NCBI GenBank assembly: GCA_002104945.1
Contig: MCFH01000094.1
Location: 53,836-117,835 of the forward strand
Direction: 5' to 3'
From: Piromyces finnis finn
Taxonomy: Eukaryota; Fungi; Neocallimastigomycota
Length of the DNA: 64,000 bases
The first letter of the stretch is position 1. Each line of letters begins with the position of its first letter. The notes beneath the pieces are model-generated. The model saw only the letters and a program-made list of their open reading frames with translations, had not been told where the DNA came from and made no database searches. Position numbers and translations under genes: made by a program. Positions 50,201-61,391 of the stretch are shown here, piece by piece.

Positions 50201-51792
50201 AATTCCTTATATACATCTGGAATTTCTACAATATTTTCTCTAACATCTTCACCACTATTTTCATCATTTGAAAGAACACTACATACAATATACTTTTGAA
50301 CATTCTTTTTATTTAATTTTAAATTTTTACTACATTTCTTTTTAATACATGAATTTTTATTTTTATCTATAATTTTTCTATTTTCTTTATTCCTAATTTC
50401 ACTTTCTCTAATTTTTAAACTATTCTTATAATTGTTAAGTATTTCTTGTACGAGTTCCTTTTCTTTTCTTCTTTTTTCTTCTTTGGCCAATTGCGCTTCT
50501 TGATTTCTTCTTTTCATGTCTTCTGGAGTAGCACAGCAATTCAAAGAACAGAATTCGGATTTGAATTCAAGAGTTTGATCCTTAAAGCTAATTGTAGGAT
50601 CGTGTTTTCTTAACCAATTCTTACCCAGAATGACAGAAATACCAGAAGGAAGATCAGTAAGGTAGAATTGAATGGATTCTTTATGATTCTTGATGTTCAT
50701 GATTAAAGGAATTGTTTCATACTTCAAGAATCCATTACCACCTATACCTTCAACAAACTTATCCTTAAACATTCTTTGGAATGGGATCTTGTACTTGTCC
50801 ACGGCTTTCCAATCCAAAAAGTCTAAGTCCGAACCAGAATCCACAAGAGCCTTAAGATACACTCCATTATTGACTTGTAATAGAATGTCATAAACATTTA
50901 ACATTCTTCTTCCAGCGGTAGTAGCCATAAACGCTTTTGGTCTATTTATAACCTTATCCTTAAGTTGAGGACAATCCTTCTTAATATGTCCAGTCCTTTT
51001 GCAGAAGAAACATTTTCTAGGCTTAGCTGAGGTGGTAGGGTTTTCTTGGTCTACATAATTTCTATATTTTACACCATAAGAGAGGTACCTTGTTCCTAAG
51101 TCTCTGTTATATCTTCGGTTCTTCTTTCCGTCGACATCCATAGGATCCTTTCCGAAGACTTTCCATTCTACTTCTACATTGGCAGCAACAACATTAATTA
51201 ACTCAGTTATCTTTCTAATTCTTGGGTAAAGGAGCTTCGCTTTTTCCTTGACTGAAGTTGGTAAACCTTCCATAAAGAAATGGATCTTTGCTTCATCATT
51301 AAAGGACGAGTCTCTAGCCATCTTCTCAAATTCCTCGCAGTAGTCCATGACGTTCTTGAATTGGCTTGATTTTAACTTTGCAAGTCGACTGTTGGCTACA
51401 TCGGCACTGTTACAGGTTTTATAGCGAGCCTTCATTGCCTCAATAAAATCTTCATAGGAGTTCAACAGGGGGCTTTCTTCTCTTTCCAAGTCGGCAAACC
51501 ATTCGGCGGCGGTTCCTTCCAGGTAGCATCCCAAGATATCCAGCTTGTAGGCGTCGGTAGCATCTTCTTCTAAGTTATATTTGAAATATTTCTCCAATCT
51601 TGCCAGGAAGTAAAGAAGTTCACTTCTTTTTCCTGAAAATCTTGGAGGTTTTGGGATGAGTCTTCCCCTGGTGTTAACGCTTTTACCAGTCTCATCCTCA
51701 ATGTCCATCATGGAACTCGCCTCAGAGCCTACGTCACTGGCTCCAGCTATTCCATCACTACGGTTGTCTAACATTCTATATCTAGTACTCAT
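47290..51792 (-). CDS. gag-pol: Gag-Pol polyprotein with chromodomain (first ATG; frame open from TTG 51858)
   Basis: Near-identical to A1; all catalytic motifs appear intact. Confidence 0.97.
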   Translation of the reverse strand: MSTRYRMLDNRSDGIAGASDVGSEASSMMDIEDETGKSVNTRGRLIPKPPRFSGKRSELLYFLARLEKYFKYNLEEDATDAYKLDILGCYLEGTAAEWFADLEREESPLLNSYEDFIEAMKARYKTCNSADVANSRLAKLKSSQFKNVMDYCEEFEKMARDSSFNDEAKIHFFMEGLPTSVKEKAKLLYPRIRKITELINVVAANVEVEWKVFGKDPMDVDGKKNRRYNRDLGTRYLSYGVKYRNYVDQENPTTSAKPRKCFFCKRTGHIKKDCPQLKDKVINRPKAFMATTAGRRMLNVYDILLQVNNGVYLKALVDSGSDLDFLDWKAVDKYKIPFQRMFKDKFVEGIGGNGFLKYETIPLIMNIKNHKESIQFYLTDLPSGISVILGKNWLRKHDPTISFKDQTLEFKSEFCSLNCCATPEDMKRRNQEAQLAKEEKRRKEKELVQEILNNYKNSLKIRESEIRNKENRKIIDKNKNSCIKKKCSKNLKLNKKNVQKYIVCSVLSNDENSGEDVRENIVEIPDVYKEFENVFDEVECNELPPHRIYDCKIRLKDKDNLFYGPLYPLTEEERNTLKEYISENLEKGFIRPSTSPAGAPVLFVRKKDGTLRLCVDYRRLNENTIRDSYPLPLISELFDRLREAKVFTKLDLKSAYNLVRINEGDEYKTAFRTRFGHFEYLVMPFGLKNAPATFQHFINDVLGEYLDEFAFSYIDDILIYSKNLEEHRKHVKKVLQRLKENGLYAKLSKCEFETSETTFLGHVISDKGISMDPKKVKAIMEWPVPTSVKEVQSFIGLCNYYRRFIPNFASIAKPLHNLTKKDVNFHWPEECNEAFCILKKFFTEEPILIHADPELPFVVETDASNFAIGAVLSQRLPDNNELHPICYYSRGLTKSEKNYPIYDKELLAVIEALKQWRHYLEGAKHQFMIYTDHKNLTFPRKPELLSQRQIRWNLFLTRYDFKIQYRPGKEGGKPDAFSRRPDYEKEKINKEDEEAYSCLTVKEIEDTLCLVSIRGNLKEDLIKEIKEDEEIKELIKILQGKSTANKKYKKLMKNFKLSEEGILLYKSLIYVPKKMRDIIISMHHDNPIHGHFGIIKTKELITRNFVWINMTQDIVKFIASCKVCGAAKVDRHRPYGLLQPLPTPERPWSSVSMDFITDLPKSKEKTVIMVVVDRLTKMAHFIPFRMIPTAQIAADVFFREVFRLHGLPDEIISDRGTQFTSEFWQRLCTLLNIKHNISSAHHPQTDGQTERVNSILEQFLRCYINKRKDNWMNLLPYAEFAYNNTLQQSINQTPFFANYGQNPRFSTEIPADSDNRRANRHASQMQDNIKFLKKNLEKAKERYKKYADCIRLIGPKLKVGDLVWLKRPDLLPKGPPKLTNKKLGPFKIIEKTGPVSYKLELPESLRCHPVFHISNLEPFVEREVEVNESTSRIPNIATDSTEGRIPLKIVSEKVVNGTKYYFMVWKSLLPSESTWLREDEIEDPQLIQEYLKHKSLRGST

Positions 51793-52149
51793 ATTACTAC
51801 TTAATAAACAACAAATAGTCAACCAATATTTAATATCCCAATTATTTAATTTGCTCAACTTTATTTTCTATACTTATTTTAAACTTTCTTATTAATAACT
51901 AAAACCAAATAATGTATTATATATTATTAACTAAACTAGTATTTTTATATTATTACTATTTATTAATTATTAACTATTAAACTATTTTAACAACAAATTA
52001 TTCTATACCAAATAATTTTAAAATACCCCGAAATTAACTAAAATTAATTTCTAACAAAAAAATTTTTTTTTTTTTTTTTTTTTTTTAATATTAATATTTT
52101 TTATATAATCCCCGAATTTAATCTATTATTAAATTCTCACTATAATTAA

Positions 52150-52198
<49 letters not shown>

Positions 52199-52240
52199 CT
52201 ATTACTATTCGTATACAAAGGTGAACTTTCTATTCTAATA

Positions 52241-52251
52241 AGTTGGAAAAT
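52241..52251 (-). promoter_or_regulatory. Self-priming PBS of A2
   Basis: ATTTTCCAACT; partner at 52511-52521 in the 5' LTR. Confidence 0.85.
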
Positions 52252-53107
52252 TGTAAAATATTCTAAACTAAGTTCAGGTTTGTATACACTCAATATTCTA
52301 AACTACACTCTAAATTATTTTTAATTTTTTATATTTTATTTATTAAATTATTTTAAAATAACTAAACTAAAACAACCGTTGATTACTTTACCGTGAAGGA
52401 TATTTTACCAGAGCCCTCACTAGGTAATCAATTTATTTTATTTAAAACTAAAATTATTAATCTAAACTATAAACTAATGTTAATTTATCTATACTAAATT
52501 AACCTATACGATTTTCCAACTATCGTTTCAATAGTTGAAAAATTTTCTTTATTTATACTTTTTAAATAAATTGAATAAATTCTAATATACATGTTTTAAT
52601 ATTATAATTTTACATTGTTTATATTTATACATTTATTAAAAGAAATTATTTGTATTAAACTATTTAAATTCAATTTATTTACTAAAGAATTTTCTAAACT
52701 TAAAATAAAGTTTTGATTTATTTACTATATGGTTGATTATATTTCAAACATATATTTAATTTATTTATTTCTAATTTTGAGGCTTAGTTTATAAAAAAAA
52801 TTTTTTCTTATCTAAAATATTTATTGGTTAAAAAGTATTTAATTTAAAAAATTTATTTTATCATCAAAAACTTTATCTTATCATAAAATTAAATTTACAT
52901 AAATTTATGTTAATGTATTGTAATACATTATTTTATCGTAACTTTAGATTTCACATAGATTTATGTTAATGTATTGTGATATAAATTTTGTAAAGATTTA
53001 CGGTACATTAATTCAATACATTGTACATTATTTTAAATACGTATTAAATACATTATTCTATTAATACAATATTTTACAAATTTAATTATTTATAAAAATT
53101 TTATAAA

Positions 53108-53189
53108 GTCAGTTTGTCCGAGTGGTTAAGGAGTCAGACTTGAAATCTGATGGGCTTTGCCCGCGCAGGTTCAAATCCTGCAGCTGACG
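53108..53189 (+). tRNA. tRNA-Ser: tRNA-Ser(TGA)
   Basis: GTCAGTT/AGCTGAC acceptor, TCAGA-CT TGA AA-TCTGA anticodon arm, long variable arm GGGC/GCCC. Confidence 0.97.
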
Positions 53190-53747
53190 AAACAAAAGGA
53201 AAGGTTAATTTTTTAAAATATAGATCATTACTCATTCCTCCTTCAAATAATTTTATTAAATTTTAAATTATGTATATTATAATTAATGTAAATTTATTAA
53301 ATAGATTAATTATTCATTAATGTATTTGAAAAGTATAAAACTCATGGATAATAATTTAATAATGGAATCTTTTGAAAAATCTTTAAGCTACATAACTCTA
53401 TTTAATGATTAATTAATAATTTTAATTAATAATATGCTAATATATTTATTAATAGATAAAAATTATATAATAAAACATATTCTTTATTAATAAAATAAGT
53501 AGTGTTAGGGCATTCTAACCTAACTTATCTTATTTGTTCCTCAATATTTAACATATATTTATTGATAAATAAAATATTAATTAAAAAAATAATGTTTACT
53601 AAAAGTGTATTTTTCATATTTATGTGTTTATTTAATAATTTTGTTTATAAGTAGTTTTATATTATATAAACGAAACAAGTATTCTTATTTTCTTTCTCAA
53701 ATTAGTTATAATTAATTATTTTATTATTAATTTGCAAAATAAGTTAT

Positions 53748-54425
53748 TGTAAAGATATAATATATATCTTTAGATTATTTAATAATTAATTATTAATTAT
53801 AAAATTTTTTGAATAAATTTCATGGAATAATTTAATAATAAATTATTTTATAATAATTCCGTTAAATTTAAATTAAGATAAATATTTAAATTTAAGGAAT
53901 AAAAGAATTTTAATTAAATTAATTACTTCAAATATTTAAACAATTAAAATATTTTTTAAATACTTTTATTTAAATTTAGAATAGCTTAATAATTTTAACT
54001 TAGTTTAAAAATAAATTTGTTTATATTTAAATAGGAAATATATTAAGAATAGTATTGATAATATTAAATTAATTTATATATAATACATGGACTTTATTCA
54101 ATTTTGAGTTTACTCAAATTAAATTAAAAGTATAATGAATTAGTTTTAGTTTAGTTTTGTTGTTTTATTATTTAGTTAGATTAGTTTTGTTTATTTTATA
54201 TTAAATAGATGTTTATTTAAATAGCATAATATATTAGAATATAATTATGAAAAAATATAAATACATGTAATTTTTATTTGTTAAATCAATATAATTGTTA
54301 TTTTAAATTTTGATAATTAATAAAAGTGAAAAAGTTGTGATAAAAAATATTCTTTTATTTTTTGTTTTCGTGTTTAGTTGTTTTATTGTTAAATATATAA
54401 TCTGTTTTAAGATTAATATTTTACA
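53748..54425. mobile_element. L-related solo LTR
   Basis: TGTAAAGATA...TTTTACA; TSD GTTAT. Confidence 0.85.
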
Positions 54426-54773
54426 GTTATTTATGATTTATTTATAAGTAACTTCTTATAAAATAGTACAACTGATTCAGAAAAATGTAAAAATTATAGG
54501 AATATTAAAATTAATTCAACTACTAATTTTTGTATATAATAAAAATTTATAGTAAGATAATTATAAAATATATTGTAAAATTAATATTTTAAGTTAAGAT
54601 TTAGTTTATCCAGGATAGTTAACGTTATTATAGTTTATCATAAAAATAAAAAAGTACTTTATATAAAAATATGTACTGAAAAATAATTAAATTTATAAAT
54701 TATATATTAATATAATAATAGGAATTAAAACATTGATAGATACAAATTAAAAGATTTAACATGTATAAATTAT

Positions 54774-55164
54774 TGTAAAGAATTAATGTTCAAAAATAAA
54801 AACACAAATATATAAAAAGGAAAATAATAAAAGTAAATAAAATTTTATTATAACAGGTTAGGGTTTAATAATTTTCTTTTTATTATAAAATTTTTTTGTT
54901 AATAAAAACTCGAATTAAAAATTTTTTTAAACGAATTTCACTCGTATTTATATGAAAAATCTATAAATTAAATTTATAAAAATTTTACAACTTAATTATT
55001 TAAACCAATCAGAAAATATCTTTTTTGGTAAGATTTTCGTTGTAAAAAATTATTTTAATAATTAATATAAAATGAATTTGTGAGGGTTCAAACTCAAGCA
55101 GTCCAAACCAAAGTCTTAGCAACTAACCACTAATACAGATTATTAATTTCTATCATGTTTTACT
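54774..55164 (-). mobile_element. Diverged family F solo LTR with tRNA-like cassette (~55080-55144)
   Basis: Inverted homolog of 55604-56040; ends decayed, no TSD. Confidence 0.6.
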
Positions 55165-55211
55165 TTGTGTAAGAATTAATATTAAATTACTTAATATTTA
55201 TTCTTAGTTTT

Positions 55212-56702
55212 TGTCAAAAATACTAGTGAAATCTACAATTTCAAGATCACTTGAAATTGTGAAATTACTTATGAAATTTTCAAAATCAATAATATTTTAG
55301 CTTCAAATAAATTATAAAATTATATTAAGAGATATTCAAAAAATTTAGAAAAGGTTAAGATATGACCTTTACCCTTAATAATTTTTATAATAAATAACTT
55401 TAACCCTTATCGTCAAAATTGAATAAGGAAAAAAGTGCGTATCTCCTCAACGAATGACGATTTTTGATAATTGTGTTTTGAGAAATTATGGGTTCATTAG
55501 AAAGCCACGCTCGAGAACTACAACATATGTTAATACGAGCATGATATCTCTGCTGGTTCATGAGATATTAAAATTTAAAGATAATTACGAACAAATGATT
55601 AATTGTAACGAATCGTAGAAATAATGAAATGAAATTGTCTTAGTGGTTAGTAACTAAGACTTTGGTCCGAATGTCTTGAGTTCGAGATCTCTAAATTACT
55701 TTCTTTATTTATTTTATTTTAATTTTTTATTTTGATTTTTTTACCAACACGAAATTCTTTGATTGGTTAAGATATTTAAGTTGTAAAAAATCTTTTAAAT
55801 TAATTTTAAAAATTTTTATATAAATACGAGTGAATTTTTCTAAATAATTTAAGAAAATTGAGTTTTTATTAATTAATAAATTATTGTTAAACACTAACTT
55901 ATTAAGTTAGAAATTGTGTGTTTTTAATAATAATTTTAAATATTAATAATTAACAGTAATTAAAAGTGTTTTATATTTACTAAGTTATTTTAGTAAATTA
56001 TTATAAATTTCTTTTATTGTTAAGAACACATTTCTTTACATTAATGAAAATTCAGAGAATGATTACCCCTGATGTATCAATCATAAATCATTCTGTAAAA
56101 CTAAATTATCTTTTCCTATTGATTAAAGCAAATTAAATTAAATTAAATTAAATTACATTGTAATAATTCTCCGGAAGATAACAATTATTTCAATAATAAG
56201 ACAAATTATAATCTTTGAATTAAAAGATTATAAACATTATACTTATATTCAATGAATTATATTAGAGTTAGATAATAATTAATATTATAAATATTATTAA
56301 CAATACTTAATCTTAATAATCATGAATAAGCTTTAAGTTTAGTTTTAATATTATAAAATATATTATAAATACAATCATGTATTGAAAAGTTATTTTATTA
56401 TTAAATGTAAATTTACAGATAGCATAAATAGTTTAGAATATTTTATAAATTTAATTCTTTGTAAAGATTATTACTTATTACATTAATACTTTACTATTAA
56501 ATAATCTTATTATTACATTTTATTAATATATTATTTAAATAAAATAAAGAAATTATTTTAACCACAATATATAATTTAAATATTTATTTATAAAATGATT
56601 AAGATTATTTTAATAAAACATTTTTTCTAACCTAATTATCTTTTATCTTTTATTTAATTTAATATTTTAATATTAAATTATAATTTTAGTAAAACTTTTA
56701 CA
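55212..56702. mobile_element. Family B solo LTR containing nested F
   Basis: TGTCA...CTTTTACA; flanks GTTTT/GTTTG. Confidence 0.8.
55604..56040 (+). mobile_element. Small solo LTR, family F, with tRNA-Gln-like cassette (~55629-55700)
   Basis: TGTAACG...CTTTACA; TSD TTAAT; TGTCTTAGTGGTTAG...GACTTTG...GAGTTCGAGATCTC. Confidence 0.8.
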
Positions 56703-56705
56703 GTT

Positions 56706-57313
56706 TGTCATGAATATTAGTGGATTCATGATTATTTATTTAATTAGTGTCTTATTCATTTAATTAATTAGAAATATTTTATTATAAAACATAATTAAAT
56801 AATATTTTAAGAGATATTTATTAATTATAATTATTATGATTTTATACTTATTAAAGTTTAAAATAATATCTTTTGTTCATTTGATTATGAATGAAATTAA
56901 AATTAAAATATAAAATAATCATTCCTTCTACAAATGATTTATAATATGACTTTATAATTATTAAATATGACACGAGTTTTTGAAAAGTCATATATAAGTA
57001 ATATATAATTAATTTATAGAATAGTAATTAATATAAACAATTAATAATGTATTAAATTTAAAATGTATTCCTTTAATATTAAAAAGAGTATAAATACTCA
57101 AGAAAAATTCCTATCATTAAGAATTTCGAGAGTTCATTAATTTAAATATTTATTCTAATAAAAATAATAAATAAATAAAAATTTTTCTTTAAATAAAAAT
57201 TTTATTAATAAATAAAGTTAATTAATAAAATAATATTTATTTATTTAATTATTTATTTAATAATTTAGGGTAAAATAGTGCGTTCCAACCTAACAGAAGT
57301 GAAAAACCTAACA
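56706..57313. mobile_element. Solo LTR, family E
   Basis: TGTCATGAAT...ACCTAACA; homolog at ~23686-24328. Confidence 0.7.
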
Positions 57314-57394
57314 TATTTAGATTATATAATTGTACATTACATATAAATTTATTTAGTATATTAATTATTTATACATTTAATTACATTAATAATA

Positions 57395-59130
57395 TTTAAT
57401 AGAAAATGATAATATCTGTATCTAAAATTTAATAAATAGAAATAAAGAAAATAAAATAAATGATTTTTATACTTGTTCATTTACAAGTATTAGTTAATTT
57501 TTAAAAATATAAGTTTGTTATGTTTAATTATAAGATTATGATATTATTTAATAACTCTAGTATTATTAAATAATTAAAAATCAAAACATCTAGTATGTAT
57601 TATAAAAGTTGTAAAGAAAATATTGTTTTATTAAATATCTAATTTTTCTCTCTTGGATAATTAATAATCATTATAATATATAAATTTAATATAACTATCT
57701 AATTTTTACAGATTAATAGGAATATTTTTAAAATAAAGTAATTCTAACACTATTTATACATTTATATTATTTTAAAGTATTATATTATTAAACAATAATT
57801 AACTATTTAATGAATAAACAAATAAATAAATAATTTCTTGTTTACATTTATAATTTTAAAATTAATAATTTATATAAATATTTTAATACTAATTTAATTA
57901 CTATTAATCTGTGTTTAAAATAATGTTATTATAATAATATTTAATTTAGAAATTTAGTTGTTTATCAGATGTGAAGAATTAATGCTATTAAATGCTATAA
58001 TAACATAAATTCTTATAAGAATTCATAATATATGCTTAATTTAACATAAGATATGGTATCTAATGTGATATAATTTATGTAATAATATATATTATTATAT
58101 GAATTTAATAATATTATAAAAATCTAATATTATAATGATTATTTATATTTAAATAATATTTCATTTTATATTTAAATAATATTTCATTTTATATTTAAAT
58201 GATATTTATTTTATATTTAAATTATAGTTATTTAATATTTAATATGTATTATTATAGTAAATAATATTATTAATTATTAACCAATAATAGTTAATATAGA
58301 TTAATAATATTATAAAAGAAAACATGTAAACAAACGCTAATACTTTAGCGTTAGTACTAAAGTATAATAATATAATAAATAATTAATAATAAAGAATAAT
58401 TATATTTAAAATAGTTAAAGATACTTTATGTTAATAAGAGAAATAAGGCGAATAAACATTTATTATTATATAACTAAATTGTATTATTCATTATTTAATT
58501 ACTAATTTCTTTATAGAATTTAATATAAAAACATTATTTATAATATTAGCTCGTATGGGAGGTTGTTATTTATTTAATTTCTTTTATATAAAATAATATA
58601 TAAATCTATCCTTCTTATAGAAAATATAATAAACCTTTTATATATAATTTGTTACAATTATTAAATTAAAGATTATAGATGTAAACTTTTTGTTTATTTA
58701 ATTATTTATTTCTTTTTAAATTAGATAATTTATAATTTATATTTGTTTATAATTATATTTTAAAATAATTATTTTGCATAAATAGTGATAGAAAATGTTC
58801 TTTTAAAAATCATTCCTAATAATTCATAAAAATTAGATATTAAATTTATATTAAATTAAATAATGATTTCCAATTATCCGAAAGAAAAAATTAGATATTT
58901 ATTTTAATATTAAAATATCTTTTATACCTTTTATAATACATACATGATGTATTAATTTTTAATTATTTAATAATACTAGAGTTATTGAGTAATATTATAA
59001 TTTTACAATCAAATTAAATAAATTTTATATTTTAAAACTAACACTTGAGAATGAAAAAGTATAAAAGTCATTAATCTCTTATATACATATTTTTTTTTCT
59101 ATTTTTAATAATATATTAAATTTTTAGATA
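57395..59130. repeat. Decayed D (~57395-57950 and ~58660-59130, inverted) and R (~58120-58560) fragments
   Basis: Recurrent ATGATTTTTATACTTGTTCATT and TCGCCTTATTTCTC blocks; boundaries approximate. Confidence 0.5.
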
Positions 59131-59136
59131 CAGATT

Positions 59137-60400
59137 ATAAAGATATTATATAATAATATATATCTTTAGAATATTAATAATTATCTATTAATTATTAAAT
59201 AATAAATCAATATTTAGTAAAACTAACTATATAATTCTTGGAATAAATTTTATGGAATATTTTAATAATTAATTATTTCATAATAATTCCGTTAAATTTA
59301 AATTAAGATAAATATTTAAATTTAAGGAATAAAAGAGTTTTAATTAAATTTAAATATTTCAAAGATTTTAAATAATCAAAATTACTTTAAAAACTTTTTA
59401 GTAACTTAGTTTTAAAAATAGATTTGTTTATATTCCAATAGGAATTACATTAATAATAGCATTAATTTTTAAATAATACATGGGCTTTATTTAATTTTGA
59501 GTTTACACAAATTGAATTAAAAGCATAATGAATTAGTAATTAGATAAGTTTTGTTTATTTTATATTAAATATATGTTTATTTAAATAGAATTATATATTA
59601 GAATATAATTATAAAGAAATATAAATATATGTAATTTTTGTTTATTAAATCAATGTAAATATTATCTTTAATTTATTTTTAATATTTTAATATTAACCAT
59701 TATATAGGTAATATTTTCTTAAATAAATTTTTTTTTAAAAATAAAAATTTAATGTTTTTTGTATTACTAAAAAATGTTTCAAGTATAAAATCTGTTTTGA
59801 CTTTATACTTTTACACTATAAAGATATAAAATTTATCTATTAAATAATAATTTTGATATTTTAATGGAAAATAATTTATAAAAAGCATTAAATAATAATT
59901 ATTTTAAAATATCAAAATTAAAATAAAATTAGGATAAACATTTAAATTAATGGATAATTAAATTTGAATATTTCAAATATTCAAATTAAATCTTAGAAAG
60001 TTTTTATTTAATTAAAATTAAAATTAGTTAAATAACTTTAGCGTAGTTTTAAAATAAGTCTTTAGTAAGAAATATATTATATATAGTATTATTAATATTA
60101 AATTAATATATGGGTAATGCATGGACTGTTGGACTGTATTAAATTTGTAGTATATTCAACTTGAATCAAAAGTGTAATTAACTAGTTTTAGTATAATTTT
60201 ATTATTTTATTATTGATTTAAATTTGTATTAAATTAGTTTTTGTTTATTTTGTATTAAATATATGTATAATTGAATTGAATAAAAAATATATATAATGAG
60301 TGTAAATAAGAAAAATACATGTATTTTTTTTCCAAAATTTAAATAAATGTAGTTTTTATTGACTATTATATAGTTTATAGCTTTTTAAGAGAAATTTTAT
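59137..60400. mobile_element. Two adjacent decayed L-related solo LTRs (~59137-59815 and ~59817-60400)
   Basis: Both start TATAAAGATA (decayed TG); the first ends CTTTTACA at 59815. Confidence 0.55.
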
Positions 60401-60674
60401 TTGCCGATTTAATATAGTCTATGTATTATTTATATATTAATTTAATATTAATAATACTAATTAAAACTATTTAAAATATATTTCTTATTGAAAAAATATT
60501 ATAGAACTAAGTTAAATTTATTAAACATTCTAAAATTAAATGTATTTAAAATTATTTTGAATATTTAAAATATCTAAAATATTTAAATTTAACTAAAATT
60601 CTGTTATTCTTAAATAATTTATTAAATTATATAAAAATATTATACCTTTACACTAAATCTCTAAATAATAATAG

Positions 60675-61391
60675 TGTAAAAGTTTTTATTATCAAAACAG
60701 ATTATAAAATTATACAATAAAACAAAACACACAAAAGGTAAAAAAAAATAAAAACAAAAAAATATCCTTTTAAATTCTCTTTTTTTAAGTTAATTTTGTT
60801 ATTAACTAAATTATAGTCAATAACAATTATATCGTTTTTACATAGAAAATATTACATGTATATTTATTAATGATTATATTCTAATATATAATCCTATTTA
60901 ATCATACACATATTCAATATAAAACAAACAAAACCAATTTACTACTAATTTAAGTAAATAATAAAATAATAAAACTATACTAAAATTAATTAAATACACT
61001 TTTGATTCAATTTGAATATGCTACAAATTTAACACAGTCCATGTATTACCTATATATTAGAATAAATATTAATAATATTATTTGTTTATATTTACTATTA
61101 AAAATGCTAATTTAAAACTACGCTAAAGTTATTAAACTGATTTTAATTAAATAAAAACTTTTTAAGAATTAATTTGAATATTTGAAATATTTAAATTTAA
61201 TTATCCATTAATTTAAATATTTATCCTAGTTTTCATTTTAACTTTAATATTCTAAAATTAATTATTTAATTATTCCATAAAATTTATTTAATGATTTTTT
61301 ATAAATAATTTTCCATTAAAATATATTATTTAATAATTATTAATTAATTATTAAATAATTCAAAGATTTAAAAAAAATTTATATCTTTACA
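60675..61391. mobile_element. L-related solo LTR
   Basis: TGTAAAAG...ATCTTTACA; TSD AATAG. Confidence 0.85.

Larger units (their letters stand above)
46452..53078 (-). mobile_element. Full-length Ty3/Gypsy chromovirus, family A copy 2
   Basis: 827-bp LTRs (46452-47278 and 52252-53078) with 1 difference seen; TSD AATTT; PPT 47281-47291; 29 bp upstream of tRNA-Ser. Confidence 0.98.

Noticed and set aside
53084-53095. Decayed D-like terminus about 12 bp upstream of tRNA-Ser
   Set aside because: The terminal CA is mutated and the end is ambiguous, so it was not used in the distance tally.
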